Source of the DNA: Macrostomum hystrix
Lineage: Eukaryota > Animalia > Platyhelminthes
Reading direction: 5' to 3'
NCBI GenBank assembly: GCA_950097015.1
Contig: CATNEN010000039.1
Span: 1 to 64,000 of the forward strand
Length of the DNA stretch: 64,000 nucleotides
Position numbers and translations under genes: made by a program. Under the pieces are notes generated by a model that worked only from the letters and a program-made list of their open reading frames with translations, had not been told where the DNA came from and ran no database searches. Position 1 is the first letter of the stretch; each line of letters starts with the position of its first letter. This document shows positions 63,701 through 64,000 of this stretch, in pieces.

Positions 63701-64000
63701 AGAGCCGATTCCTATGAGAGCCGATTCCTATGAGACCCGATTCCTATGAGAGCCGATTCCTAGGAGAGCCGATTCCTATGAGAGCCGATTCCTATCAGAG
63801 CCGATTCCTATCGGTTCCTTTGAGAGCCGATTCCTATGAGACCCGATTCCTATGAGAGCCGATTCCTATGAGAGCCGATTCCTATGAGAGCCGATCCTAT
63901 GAGAGCCGATTCCTATGAGAGCCGATTCCTATGAGACCCGATTCCTATGAGACCCGATTCCTATGAGAGCCGATTCCTATGAGAGCCGATTCCTATGAGA
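57765..64000 (+). repeat. 16-bp satellite, CCTATCGGTT-rich subfamily with a ~2.36 kb higher-order repeat; runs off the window
   Basis: Marker AGAACCGATTCCTAAGAGAGCCGGTTCCGATCGG at ~59714 and ~62071. Confidence 0.98.

Noticed and set aside
8471-64000. Regular short repeats as a possible CRISPR array
   Set aside because: Units are contiguous with no unique spacers, no cas genes, eukaryotic context

Overview
Eukaryotic, repeat-dominated window that looks like an animal subtelomere (TTAGGG telomere, GT-AG introns); species cannot be determined from the sequence. Layout: 2.4 kb of GGAATCCC-type minisatellites, a ~5 kb near-perfect (CCCTAA)n array that lies inside the window (2379-7381), stacked subtelomeric satellites (21, 10, 16 and 385 bp), a ~22 kb gene-bearing island (17.9-40.6 kb), then ~23 kb of 16-bp satellite interrupted by two fragments of a LOA/R1-type non-LTR retrotransposon. 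The island has three notable parts. (i) Two tandem, apparently identical copies of a 4-exon, ~928-aa gene with a SAM-like header, a P-loop NTPase (Walker A GAYQSGKT, Walker B IFIYDE), a PD-(D/E)xK nuclease (GNQFE...GVD...IEMK, completed by splicing) and a coiled-coil tail. This is a Crinkler/RHS-type architecture, and the duplication breakpoints lie in G-quadruplex-like tracts. (ii) A Gypsy-type LTR element with LTR, tRNA-Leu PBS, intact gag and an intact -1 frameshift signal, whose second frame encodes a highly acidic repeat protein instead of protease/RT. (iii) A spliced gene with a BRO-N-like N-terminus and a basic NLS tail. All domain calls are by-eye motif recognition, not database results.
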